Of a stretch of DNA of 64,000 bases, positions 44,059-60,161 are shown piece by piece; the first letter of the stretch is position 1, and every line of letters begins with the position of its first letter. Under the pieces are notes generated by a model. It made no database searches. It saw only the letters and a list, made by a program, of their open reading frames with translations, and had not been told where the DNA came from. The stretch lies in the NCBI RefSeq assembly GCF_009649845.1, contig NZ_WJIE01000009.1:96685-160684 (forward strand), in the 5' to 3' direction. The position numbers were made by a program, and so were the translations under genes. The stretch is from Polyangium spumosum. Lineage in GTDB: Bacteria > Myxococcota_A > Polyangia > Polyangiales > Polyangiaceae.

Positions 44059-45603
44059 TCACTCCATCAAAAGACCCATCCGCGCGAAGCGCAGGAGCTT
44101 CTGCTCGGTGATCTCGGCGAAGACGTCGGCCGACACGCAAGGCGCGCCGTTCATCTCCACCGACACCTCGCCGCGCCGCGCCTCCTCGAGCGCGGCCTCC
44201 GTGAGCGCCGCGGCGTCACGTGTCCCGTCCATCCGCGCGAGGATCACCCGATCGAAGCTGTCGACCTGCACGCCCTCGTGCAGGAGCGTCGTGCAAAACG
44301 GGCTGCCCACGCTCGCCTGGTAACGCGCGAACGAAAAGGCCCGCGGGCGCTCGCTCACCCCACGCGCGACGGGCTTCGGCGAGGCCCAGAGCCGGAGCGC
44401 GTTTTTCGTGTACAACCCGAGCAGGTTCCGCGCGAGCCGCGCCCGCGCCTCCCCCTCGAACGCGGCGAGCCCGAGCCTCTCGCCCGCCTCCCAGGCGAGC
44501 GCGTCGAACGGCAAGCCCCCCGGCGCGCGCGCCGCGAGCGCGACGAGCGCGGCCTTGAGCGTCGCCTGATCCGTGGAGATCGTGCCGCCCGGCCCGAGGA
44601 ACGTCTCCTCGACGCCCTCGCCGAGGTTCGGGCTCGTCGCGCCCGGCGTGAGCGGCGAGGCGACGACGAGCGGAAAGAGGCGATCGACCGAGACACGGCG
44701 CGAGATCGCCACGTCGTCGCGGCAGAGGACGGCGCGGCGAAAGCAGCGGAGCTCGAGCAGGTCGAGGGATTGCTGCATGGCCACGACGTCCCCGCCCGAC
44801 CGCGCGCGTACGGCCTCCGCGGCGGCGGGGCCGAGGCGCTCGGGGAGGACGAGCGGGACGTGCGCGTCGGTGACGAAGGCGAGCCCGGCGTCCTGCATGT
44901 CGCGGGCGAAGTCGGAGAAATACTCGGCGCGGTTGTACGCGACGAGGTGCTCGCCGAGCAGGTAATCGTCCGCGAGCTGGCCGAGGGTCTGGAGCTCGCT
45001 CGCGAGCCAGGCGCGCGCCGGATCGGCGGCGAGGGTCTCGGCGGCGCCGAGGAACTGCAAAAAAGCGCGCGCCTTCACGACGCGCTCGGCGGCCGATCCT
45101 TCCGCGCCGACCTCGCGGCGGAGCATGTCGCGCAAGGCGCCGCGCAGGTGCCAGCCGGGGAGGGTATTGAAGCTGATGTAGGCGAGCCCGTGGGGCGCGA
45201 GGTGCCTGCGGACGAGGCGTCGCAGGGCCGCGCGCGCGTCGTCGGGGATCCACGAGTACACGCCGTGACAGACGATGTAATCGAAGGAGGCGGGCTCGTC
45301 CTCGAATTCGCGGACGTCGGCGAGGTGGAGGGCGAGGTTCTGGAGCCGCGCGCCCTCGGCGTGCTTGCGGGCGACGGCGAGCGAGTCTTCGGCGCGGTCG
45401 AGGGCGACGAAGCGGCTCTCGGGGAAGGCGGCGGCCATGGGCAGGACGTTGCCGCCGGTGGCGCAGCCGATCTCGAGGAGGCGGCAGCGAGCGGGCGGAG
45501 CGGGCCGGAGGCCGAAGAGGGCGCCGACCGCGCCGAGGTGGTCGGGGTGTGTCTCGGCGAAGGGCAGGGCCTCGTAGAAATAGTCCTCGTTCGGGGGGGC
45601 CAA
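44059..45603 (-). CDS. class I SAM-dependent methyltransferase with C-terminal methyltransferase-regulatory-like domain (start uncertain, possibly TTG at 45603)
   Basis: C-terminal 510 aa of tracked ORF 44059..46536. SAM-binding motif region (RLLEIGCATGGNVLPMAAAFPESRFVALD...FDYIVCHGVYSWIP). The 5' part of the tracked ORF is an off-frame read through a repeat region. Confidence 0.7.
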   Translation of the reverse strand: MAPPNEDYFYEALPFAETHPDHLGAVGALFGLRPAPPARCRLLEIGCATGGNVLPMAAAFPESRFVALDRAEDSLAVARKHAEGARLQNLALHLADVREFEDEPASFDYIVCHGVYSWIPDDARAALRRLVRRHLAPHGLAYISFNTLPGWHLRGALRDMLRREVGAEGSAAERVVKARAFLQFLGAAETLAADPARAWLASELQTLGQLADDYLLGEHLVAYNRAEYFSDFARDMQDAGLAFVTDAHVPLVLPERLGPAAAEAVRARSGGDVVAMQQSLDLLELRCFRRAVLCRDDVAISRRVSVDRLFPLVVASPLTPGATSPNLGEGVEETFLGPGGTISTDQATLKAALVALAARAPGGLPFDALAWEAGERLGLAAFEGEARARLARNLLGLYTKNALRLWASPKPVARGVSERPRAFSFARYQASVGSPFCTTLLHEGVQVDSFDRVILARMDGTRDAAALTEAALEEARRGEVSVEMNGAPCVSADVFAEITEQKLLRFARMGLLME

Positions 45604-45709
45604 GCGTTTTCTCCGGGAGGGCGGGCACCTTGGCGAGATCGGGGTGCGGGCGCAAGTGTTTGCCTTCCCGGGCCAGCCTGCCCCATGCTGCTCGCCCGTC
45701 GGTCTGCGT

Positions 45710-46609
45710 ATGGATGGTCTTTCCCTGGTCCTTCTCGCCGTGCTCGCGGCGCTCGTGCTGGTGATCGTGGTGCTCCTGCAGTCGCGAGGCGCGCTCGCGC
45801 GGGAGCTCGCGGCGGCGCGGGAGGAGGCGGCGAAGAGCGGAACGGCACTGGCGAAGAGCGGAACGGAGCCGGCGAAGAGCGGAACGGAGCCGGCGAAGAG
45901 CGGAACGGCACTGGCGAAGAGCGGAACGGAGCCGGCGAAGAGCGGAACGGAGCCGGCGAAGAGCGGAACGGAGCTGGCGAAGGCGCGGGAGGAGCTCGCG
46001 AAGAGCGGAACGGAGCTGGCGAAGGCGCGGGAGGAGGCGGCGAAGAGCGGAACGGAGCTGGCGAAGGCGCGGGAGGAGGCGGCGAAGAGCGGGGAGGCGC
46101 TGGCGAAGACGCGGGAGGCGCTTGCGAAGACCGGGGAGGACCTGGCGAAGACGCGGGAGGCGCTTGCGAAGAGCGGGGAGGAGCTGGCGAAAGCGCGGGA
46201 GGACCTGGCGAAGAGCGAGGAGGCGCTGGCGAAGACACGCGAGCAGCCCGCGAAGCGTGAAGGGGACCTCGTGGCCGCGATGCAACGCGTCGAGGCGCTC
46301 TCCCGCGCCCTGCGGCAAGCCGAGCAGGAGGCCGAGGCGCTGTCCATCCAGAAGGACGCGTTCGCCGCGGAGGCGCGCGCGCTGCGCGACGAGCTCGAGC
46401 GGCGCAAGAAGGCCGCCGAGCAAGCCGCCGCCGCCGAGGGCAAGCCGCTCCCCACGCAGAAGCCGAAGGCCCGGCCGTCGAAGCCGCCGGAGCCAATCAC
46501 GGCATTTTTCTGTCTGATCTGCGGGGAGGGGAGCAACGGGGCGAAGCCGCACCGCTGCCTCGTCGAGGAGGAGGAGCAGCGGAAGAAGGTGGCGATGGGG
46601 AGGAAGTAG
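45710..46609 (+). CDS. membrane-anchored coiled-coil repeat protein with C-terminal Cys motif (300 aa)
   Basis: Met at 45710 (MDGLSLVLLAVLAALVLVIVVLL = TM helix). Heptad/14-aa repeats AKSGTEP / ELAKAREEAAKSGT. C-terminal FFCLICGEGSNGAKPHRC. Both strands are open through the repeats; the plus frame is preferred because of the TM helix and coiled-coil logic. Confidence 0.55.
   Translation: MDGLSLVLLAVLAALVLVIVVLLQSRGALARELAAAREEAAKSGTALAKSGTEPAKSGTEPAKSGTALAKSGTEPAKSGTEPAKSGTELAKAREELAKSGTELAKAREEAAKSGTELAKAREEAAKSGEALAKTREALAKTGEDLAKTREALAKSGEELAKAREDLAKSEEALAKTREQPAKREGDLVAAMQRVEALSRALRQAEQEAEALSIQKDAFAAEARALRDELERRKKAAEQAAAAEGKPLPTQKPKARPSKPPEPITAFFCLICGEGSNGAKPHRCLVEEEEQRKKVAMGRK
45820..46260 (+). 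repeat. intragenic 21-bp tandem repeats (GGCGAAGAGCGGAACGGAGCC; about 20 copies, partly degenerate)
   Basis: Seen directly in the DNA; encodes the AKSGTEP / LAKAREE repeats. Confidence 0.8.
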
Positions 46610-46697
46610 CCTCACCCACCAGCCCCCTCTCCCGCCCCCCAACCCCCTCACCCCCCAACCCCCTCTCCCGCGGGGCGGGAGAGGGGGAGGGGAGCGG

Positions 46698-52640
<5,943 letters not shown>

Positions 52641-52744
52641 CGAACCTCGACCTCCACGCGCGACACACGCCGGGGAGCTACGGACGCGGCCAGGCCGCAA
52701 GGAAAAGGAGTTATTGTGACCATGCTAAGGCCGGCGACGCCCCG

Positions 52745-53776
52745 CTAGAAGCTGTAATCGATCTCGACGCCGCCCCTGCCCGGGCTCGCGTCGGCGCGGA
52801 GGCGCAACCGGGGCTCGGTCGAGCCGAATTTCGAGGGCGGGGGCTCCGTGAGATACAAGATGACGCCGGCCGCCAGGGCGCCGAGACCCACGGGCAACGC
52901 GACGCTGCTGACGACGCCGGTGATCGCCGCCGTGTCCTTGGCGCCCTCCCCGGTCGGATTGCAGATCCTGCCGGAGCAATTCTTCTCGATCGGCTCCTTT
53001 TGCGCCCAGGTGATGACCCCCGTCACGATGCCGCCGAGGATACCCACGGCGCCCACGCCGCCGAGCGTGTAGGCCATCACGCGCCGCCCCGAGATCCCGG
53101 GATCGAGCGCGGGCATCATCGACGGCACCGGCTGGAGGGGCTTCGCCGTCTTCGTGGGATCGCCGCCGGTCGCCGTCGCCGGCGGCATCACGACGTTGAC
53201 CACCTGGTTGTCTTTCTCCTTCACGGTGAATTTCGTGAACGACGAGGCGCGCCCCGGGACCTCCGTCGTGAGCACGTGTTCGCCCGGATCGATCGGGAGA
53301 GGGATGCCGATGGCCAGCGGGACGAGCGGGCCGCCGTCGAGCGGCTTGCGCAGCACACGCGTCGTTGACGGGGCGTCGCGCGGGACGCGCAGGATGACCT
53401 TGGGGATACGCTTCTCGAGCTCCTCCCGCCGCGCCGAAGCCGCCTCCTCGTTGTCGCGCTCCGCCTTCTTTTCGAGGTCCGTGAGCTCGCCGAACTTGTC
53501 GAGGTAGTCGTCGTAGTGCACCGCCGCCGTCGCGATGCGCCCCCACTTGTCGTAACACTGGGCGATGCGGTAGAGGGTCGCGGGCCGCGGATCCTCCCGG
53601 TAGAGCTGCTTCAGCGCCTTGCACGCCTCCTCGAAGCGGCCGGCGTCGATGTTCGCCTGCGCCTCGTCGAGCGCGCTCTTCGGCTGCGCGGGCGCGTCAG
53701 CGTCCTCGGCCCAGGCTTGCTCGGTCCCGGCGTGAAACACAACGACGCCCGCGAGAAACCACAATACACACCGCAT
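52745..53776 (-). CDS. secreted TPR-like / PEGA-like protein with C-terminal TM segment
   Basis: Internal Met at 53776 (MRCVLWFLAGVVVFHAGTEQAWA = signal peptide). Helical N-terminal region. PEGA-like beta segment (GEHVLTTEVPGRASSFTKFTV). TM helix near the C-terminus. Confidence 0.6.
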   Translation of the reverse strand: MRCVLWFLAGVVVFHAGTEQAWAEDADAPAQPKSALDEAQANIDAGRFEEACKALKQLYREDPRPATLYRIAQCYDKWGRIATAAVHYDDYLDKFGELTDLEKKAERDNEEAASARREELEKRIPKVILRVPRDAPSTTRVLRKPLDGGPLVPLAIGIPLPIDPGEHVLTTEVPGRASSFTKFTVKEKDNQVVNVVMPPATATGGDPTKTAKPLQPVPSMMPALDPGISGRRVMAYTLGGVGAVGILGGIVTGVITWAQKEPIEKNCSGRICNPTGEGAKDTAAITGVVSSVALPVGLGALAAGVILYLTEPPPSKFGSTEPRLRLRADASPGRGGVEIDYSF

Positions 53777-53968
53777 CGTTTGCGATGTTACGGGTCGATC
53801 GCGCGCAGGATCAAGAACATTGCAGGGCGCGACGGCCGTTCGTGGGCAGCCCCTGATCGTCGGCCGGCGCGCCGGTCTGGGCGCGACACTTCGCTCATGC
53901 CCGAGCGCGACCGTGGACGCGTTCACCACGGCGCCCTCTGGATGGGGACGCTCGCCCTCGATCCGTGA

Positions 53969-54943
53969 TTACTTCGTCGCGGGGGCGGGCGCGGTCGTGG
54001 GCGCGGGGGCGGGCGCGGCGCCGTGTCCGCCGTGCGGATCCCCTGCTGCCGCCTCGGCGTCGACCGAGACGCCCTTGCGGGTCGTCTTCGTCAGCGGGCC
54101 CTCGAGGGGCTTTCCGTCCTTGTCCACGAGCTCGACCGTGACCTCGTAGTCGCCCTTGGGCAGGTTCTTCGCGACCTTCGGCGCCCAGGTGGTGAACTCG
54201 CCGGTGAGCGGCGTGGCGAGGGCGGGGCTCGTGACCGTGTATTTGACCTTCTCGCCTTTGTCGAGCTGCGTGCCGAAGAGGTAAAAATCGAGCAGCAGCT
54301 CCTTGCCCATCGCGCCCTTGTTTTCGCCCTTGGGGCGGCTGTAGACGACGTGCGGCTTCTTCGGGTCGAAGGTGCTCTTGCCCTTCTTGCCGACCCAGAA
54401 CGTCAAGAGCTGCTGCGCGCCCTGGCCCTTGACCGACTCGTGCGTCGCGCGGCTCGCGAAGGCGACGAGCGTGTGCTCGCCCTCGGTGAGCTCGGCGCCG
54501 GCGGGCAGGAGCTCGGCGATCTTCACGGGCTTCTTCGTGTCGTAGATCGGCTTGTACGGGTGATCGTCGAGGATGAGGTGGACGTGCGGCCCGTTCACCA
54601 CCGTGGCCCAGTCCTTCACGTCGAGCTTGACCTCGAAGTCCTTGGCCTTGGCGAGGTCCCCGACCGACGCGTCGTTCTTCGGCGCCGTGATCTTCACGCT
54701 CGGCAGCGGCTTCGGGTCCTCGCTCGGCTTCATGTCCTCGACCACGGGCGCCGGCGCTGCGGGCTTCGCCTCGGTCGTCGTCGTCGTCGCCGTCGACGTC
54801 GCCGCCGCCTCGGGCGTCTGCGTCGCCGTCTCCGCCGGCTTCGCCTCCGTCGACGGATCCTTCACCTCGGTCTCCCCGCCGCCGCACGCGAAGGCGCCCA
54901 CGGCGAGGGAGAGCATCCCGACAAACGATAACGTGGTTTTCAT
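53969..54943 (-). CDS. hypothetical lipoprotein (Thr/Ala/Pro-rich linker plus beta-rich domain)
   Basis: Met at 54943 (MKTTLSFVGMLSLAVGAFACGGG = lipobox). The long frame 53895..57449 on this strand is an antisense artefact. Confidence 0.7.
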   Translation of the reverse strand: MKTTLSFVGMLSLAVGAFACGGGETEVKDPSTEAKPAETATQTPEAAATSTATTTTTEAKPAAPAPVVEDMKPSEDPKPLPSVKITAPKNDASVGDLAKAKDFEVKLDVKDWATVVNGPHVHLILDDHPYKPIYDTKKPVKIAELLPAGAELTEGEHTLVAFASRATHESVKGQGAQQLLTFWVGKKGKSTFDPKKPHVVYSRPKGENKGAMGKELLLDFYLFGTQLDKGEKVKYTVTSPALATPLTGEFTTWAPKVAKNLPKGDYEVTVELVDKDGKPLEGPLTKTTRKGVSVDAEAAAGDPHGGHGAAPAPAPTTAPAPATK

Positions 54944-55008
54944 GGTCCGCCCCTCTAACGCGGCGCCGGGCGCGCGTCGAGAGGTGCGCGCCGGGTTTCG
55001 TCCGTTCG

Positions 55009-55623
55009 TCAGTAGAAAAACGCCGCGCAGCACCCCTCCTGGTTGTCACACGCGCCCTTCGGCTCCTCGCACGTCCCGCGCAGGGATTGGTTCTCCCGGC
55101 ACGCACACTGCCACGTCCCGTCGGCTCGCATCGTGCACGCCGATCGCATCTCGCCCACCGCCGCGCACGTCGTCGAGCAGCTACACACATGCGACCCCGA
55201 GGTGCAGCTCTGCCCCACGCACGCGCTCGTCTCGGGCCGGGTTTGTCCCTGCGCGCACGCCCGGAACGCCTCCTCCTCGGCCTTGCACGCGGCGGGCGGC
55301 ACGACCTGGGACGGGATACACGCGAAGTCCGCTTTCTGATCGGCCCAGCACCCGAGCAGCGCCTCGAACGCGCCTTCACAGGCCTCCTCCGCGCCGAGGT
55401 AGGCCGCGCAGTCGTCCGCGCACTTCGACCACACGAAGCAGTTGATCTGCGCGACGTGATCGCAGAGCTCGCCGCAACGCGCCGGGGGCGGGCTCGGGCC
55501 TTCGCCGCCCGCGCCGCCCGCGCCGCCCGTCGGGGGAGGGGGAGGGGCCTCGTCTCCGCCACAGGCGGCGAGGCCCAGCAAGGTCCCGAAGACGAGCATT
55601 TTCCAGCCGATTCCGATACGCAT
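55009..55623 (-). CDS. Cys-rich lipoprotein (204 aa, about 26 Cys)
   Basis: MRIGIGWKMLVFGTLLGLAACGG lipobox; Gly/Pro linker; Cys-rich globular region. Confidence 0.65.
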   Translation of the reverse strand: MRIGIGWKMLVFGTLLGLAACGGDEAPPPPPTGGAGGAGGEGPSPPPARCGELCDHVAQINCFVWSKCADDCAAYLGAEEACEGAFEALLGCWADQKADFACIPSQVVPPAACKAEEEAFRACAQGQTRPETSACVGQSCTSGSHVCSCSTTCAAVGEMRSACTMRADGTWQCACRENQSLRGTCEEPKGACDNQEGCCAAFFY

Positions 55624-55666
55624 CGGGCGACTGTATCCCGGCGCGTCGGCCTTCGGGAAGCGCCGT

Positions 55667-57163
<1,497 letters not shown>

Positions 57164-57324
57164 GGCGGGCGCGAGTTTGGCGCAAGTCGGCGGGGATGAA
57201 AATGGTCGGATCACGCGTGAACCGTGCCTCTTCCTCGGAGCATCGGGCCTGTCGCGATTGTCCGGAGCATCGCGTTGACCCGGCAAGAACGTGAGGGTAC
57301 CCTCGAATCACCCCCGGACTCGCC

Positions 57325-58137
57325 ATGCAGACCAGCCACGAACGCCCCCCCATCAAGCCCCGCGATCCCGGCCTCACCTTCGACGAGACCGTCCCGCGCC
57401 ACTGGTTCGGGGGGAATGCGCTCGCCACGCACATCGCGAACGGGGTCAACCTGCTCTTCCCCGCGGGCGAGCGCTTCTTCGTGCGCAGCGTCCACCATTA
57501 CCTCGACAAGCTCGACGACCCCGCGCTCCGCGAGCAGGTGAAGGGCTTCTTCGGCCAGGAGGGCCGCCACGCGAAGCTCCACGAGCGGTTCTTCGAGCGG
57601 CTCGAGCAGCAAGGTTACGAGATCAAGCCCTTCCTCCGCGTCTACGAGCGTATCGCCTACGGCCTCCTCGAACCCGCGTTCCCTCCGGCGTTTCGGCTCT
57701 CCGTGACCGCGGCGGCCGAGCATTTCACCGCCATCATGGCCGAGAATGCGCTCCGCGAGCGGTTCCTGGATCACGCGCACCCCGCGCTGCGCGACCTGCT
57801 CTTCTGGCACGCCGCTGAGGAGATCGAGCACCGCGCCGTCGCCTTCGAGGTGCTCTCCAGGGTCGCGCCGAGTTACCCCCTGCGCGTCGCCGGCATGGCC
57901 ATGGCCGCTACCACGCTCGCGGCGTTCTGGATCGCCGGGACGATCGTCTTGCTCGATCAGGACCGCCGTCGCGGCCTCGACCTCCGGGCCGAGCTCGCGA
58001 AGCTCGGCGATCATCCGATCGGCCAGCGCGTGTTCTTGCGGGGCATCAAGTCCTACCTCCGCCGCGATTTCCACCCCTTGCAGGCCGAGATCGACGACCT
58101 CGCGCGGCAATGGCTAGAAGCGAAGGGCATGGCATGA
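57325..58137 (+). CDS. predicted metal-dependent hydrolase (PF10118-like)
   Basis: 270 aa; HYLDKLDDP...FFGQEGRHAKLHERFF...AAEEIEHRAVAFEVL motifs typical of that family. Confidence 0.65.
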   Translation: MQTSHERPPIKPRDPGLTFDETVPRHWFGGNALATHIANGVNLLFPAGERFFVRSVHHYLDKLDDPALREQVKGFFGQEGRHAKLHERFFERLEQQGYEIKPFLRVYERIAYGLLEPAFPPAFRLSVTAAAEHFTAIMAENALRERFLDHAHPALRDLLFWHAAEEIEHRAVAFEVLSRVAPSYPLRVAGMAMAATTLAAFWIAGTIVLLDQDRRRGLDLRAELAKLGDHPIGQRVFLRGIKSYLRRDFHPLQAEIDDLARQWLEAKGMA

Positions 58138-58781
58138 CCCTGCCCGTGGATCCCGGCCCGCGGGCGGCGCGCCGCGTCCTCTCGATCGACAGCGCGTACG
58201 ACGAGGACACGGTCGAGATCCAGCGGATGCGGGATTCACTTTATGCCGGCCTCGGGGGCCACGTCGTGCGGCTCGGCCGGACGCTCACCGAGCGCGGCAC
58301 CGTGCTCGAGGTGCTGCGAAACGCGGACGCCGAGGGGCGGCCTTTCTCGACGATCCTCGTCACCTCCCACGGCGAGCCGAGCCGCGTCCTCGACACGAAT
58401 TCGCCGGACGGGCTGCTGCTCGCCGCCGATTTCCCCGAGGACGAACTCCGGGTCTGGGCCCAGGGTCGGGCGATCCATTTCATGTGCTGCGACACGGGCG
58501 CGGGCCCGCTGCTCACGCGGCTCTCGGGCCTCGGCGCGCGCCTCGTCGTGGGGTTCGAGGGCAAGCCGCGCTGGCATTCGGCCGAAGGGCGGCAGCGCTG
58601 GCGCGAATTCGACGCCGAGAGCGTGGGCGTCGTGATCGACGCGCCTTCTCCGGAGGCCGTGAGCGAGCTGCGCGCGCGCTGGCTCGGCCTCCTCGAGGCG
58701 TGGCTCCCGACGGCGGCTCCGGGGTATGCGGAGGATTTGCGCGAGATGCGGCAGACGCTCCGGACGATGGTGATCCTGTGA
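58134..58781 (+). CDS. hypothetical protein (215 aa) with putative His/Cys dyad (ILVTSHGEP ... IHFMCCDTGAG)
   Basis: ATG at 58134 overlaps the upstream stop (ATGA). Balanced composition. The caspase/CHAT-like dyad spacing is an inference only. Confidence 0.55.
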   Translation: MTLPVDPGPRAARRVLSIDSAYDEDTVEIQRMRDSLYAGLGGHVVRLGRTLTERGTVLEVLRNADAEGRPFSTILVTSHGEPSRVLDTNSPDGLLLAADFPEDELRVWAQGRAIHFMCCDTGAGPLLTRLSGLGARLVVGFEGKPRWHSAEGRQRWREFDAESVGVVIDAPSPEAVSELRARWLGLLEAWLPTAAPGYAEDLREMRQTLRTMVIL

Positions 58782-60151
58782 GGCGCATCGATCGGACGAG
58801 GCGCGTCCTCGCGGCGGCGCTCGTGGGCCTGCTCTGGGCCGGCTGCGGCGGGACGCGGATGATCGGCAGCGGCCCGCACGCCCACGGCGAGGCCGCGCCC
58901 GAGGGCATCCGGTACCATTTGCCGAAGACGCTCGTCGAGGTGCACGTCCGGACCACGCTCACGTCGCGCAAGAGCGTCTCGTACGAGAAAAACGACGCGG
59001 GGCTCTTCGAGTTCGTGGTGAAGAGCCTGCCCTTCGACGTCGAGGAGAGCGCGGCGACGGTCACGGTCCTCTACGTGCCGGACACGCGGGCGTTTTATGC
59101 GCTGCGCCTCGAGCCGGGCCGAACCTCCGACGATAAGCTCGTCGTCGAGACGTACGGCAATGGGCTCCTGAAGTCGATCAACATGGAGAGCGCGGGGCAG
59201 GAGGGGCAGATCGTCACGAAGACGCTCGAGGCGGCGGCGAACATCGCCGACTTCCTCGTGGGGCTCGCGGATCGCGGGACCGACGCGGCGAGGGCGTTCG
59301 CCTGCAAGAAGCTCCAGGCCGATCCCTCGGCCGCGAAATTCCCCTGCGAGGACCTCGAAGGTTTGCCCATGCAGACGTTGTATTTCCTCGCGGCGGACGC
59401 GGAGGGCCGGAAGCTCTTCTCGCGCGCCCACGAGCTCGACCGCGTGGTCCGCGCGCGCAGGAAGGCGAGGGAGGAGATCGACGACAGGATCGCCGCCGCG
59501 GATGGGAAAGAGCTCGCCGTGCTCGAATCGAAGCGCGCCTTGCTCGAAGCCTCGGTCCGCGCCGCGCAAGACGAATGCAAGGAGGTGCGCCTCGCGTTCG
59601 AGGCCGGGCTCCGGGCCTTCGCGCAGGAGCAGCGGTTCGCGCCGGAGTCGATCACGCGGGACGTCGTGCGGGTCTTCGACGTCGCGGAGATCCCCGACGA
59701 GGCCACGCTGCCCGAGGGCACGAAATCGGCTGACGTCCCGGCCAAACTCGCGCATCACCCGGCCATGCTGGAGCTCTGGAACGGGGCACGTTTTGCGCTC
59801 GCCCTGACCCCCGAGCGAGGCGCGGCGGCGAAGAGCCCGACGAGCGCCCCGCCGGACGAGGAAGCGGAGGGGCGCGTGTTTTATCGCCCGTCCCGCGCGG
59901 CCACGCTCCGGCTCCTCTCGCAAGGGAAAATCGCGGATTCGTCGGAGGGACACGTCGGCGAGGCGTTCGAGGGGGTGCGTATCGTGGACGCGCGGCGCAT
60001 CGACGTGATGGATCCACGCGAGCCTCCGGCCACGGTCTCCTTCGACCCGGCCGCGTTCGCCGAGCGCAGGCTCGCGCTCGTCTTCGACACGAAGGGCCGC
60101 CTCGTGCGTTTTTCGCAGAGCAGCAGCTCGTCCCTCACCGGTTCGCGTTGA
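58778..60151 (+). CDS. hypothetical lipoprotein (GTG start, 457 aa)
   Basis: GTG at 58778 overlapping the upstream stop (GTGA). VRRIDRTRRVLAAALVGLLWAGCGG lipobox. No known domain recognised. Confidence 0.6.
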   Translation: MRRIDRTRRVLAAALVGLLWAGCGGTRMIGSGPHAHGEAAPEGIRYHLPKTLVEVHVRTTLTSRKSVSYEKNDAGLFEFVVKSLPFDVEESAATVTVLYVPDTRAFYALRLEPGRTSDDKLVVETYGNGLLKSINMESAGQEGQIVTKTLEAAANIADFLVGLADRGTDAARAFACKKLQADPSAAKFPCEDLEGLPMQTLYFLAADAEGRKLFSRAHELDRVVRARRKAREEIDDRIAAADGKELAVLESKRALLEASVRAAQDECKEVRLAFEAGLRAFAQEQRFAPESITRDVVRVFDVAEIPDEATLPEGTKSADVPAKLAHHPAMLELWNGARFALALTPERGAAAKSPTSAPPDEEAEGRVFYRPSRAATLRLLSQGKIADSSEGHVGEAFEGVRIVDARRIDVMDPREPPATVSFDPAAFAERRLALVFDTKGRLVRFSQSSSSSLTGSR

Positions 60152-60161
60152 TCCGACCGGC

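Noticed and set aside
38927-44323. 1798-aa + ORF and the overlapping 39051..40586 and 41568..43931 minus ORFs
   Set aside because: Antisense or off-frame of the 1675-aa toxin gene; Arg/Gly/Glu-rich.
44216-46651. 811-aa minus ORF, 660-aa + ORF 44278..46260, 473-aa minus ORF 45075..46496
   Set aside because: Off-frame or antisense translations kept open by the 21-bp repeats; Arg/Pro-rich.
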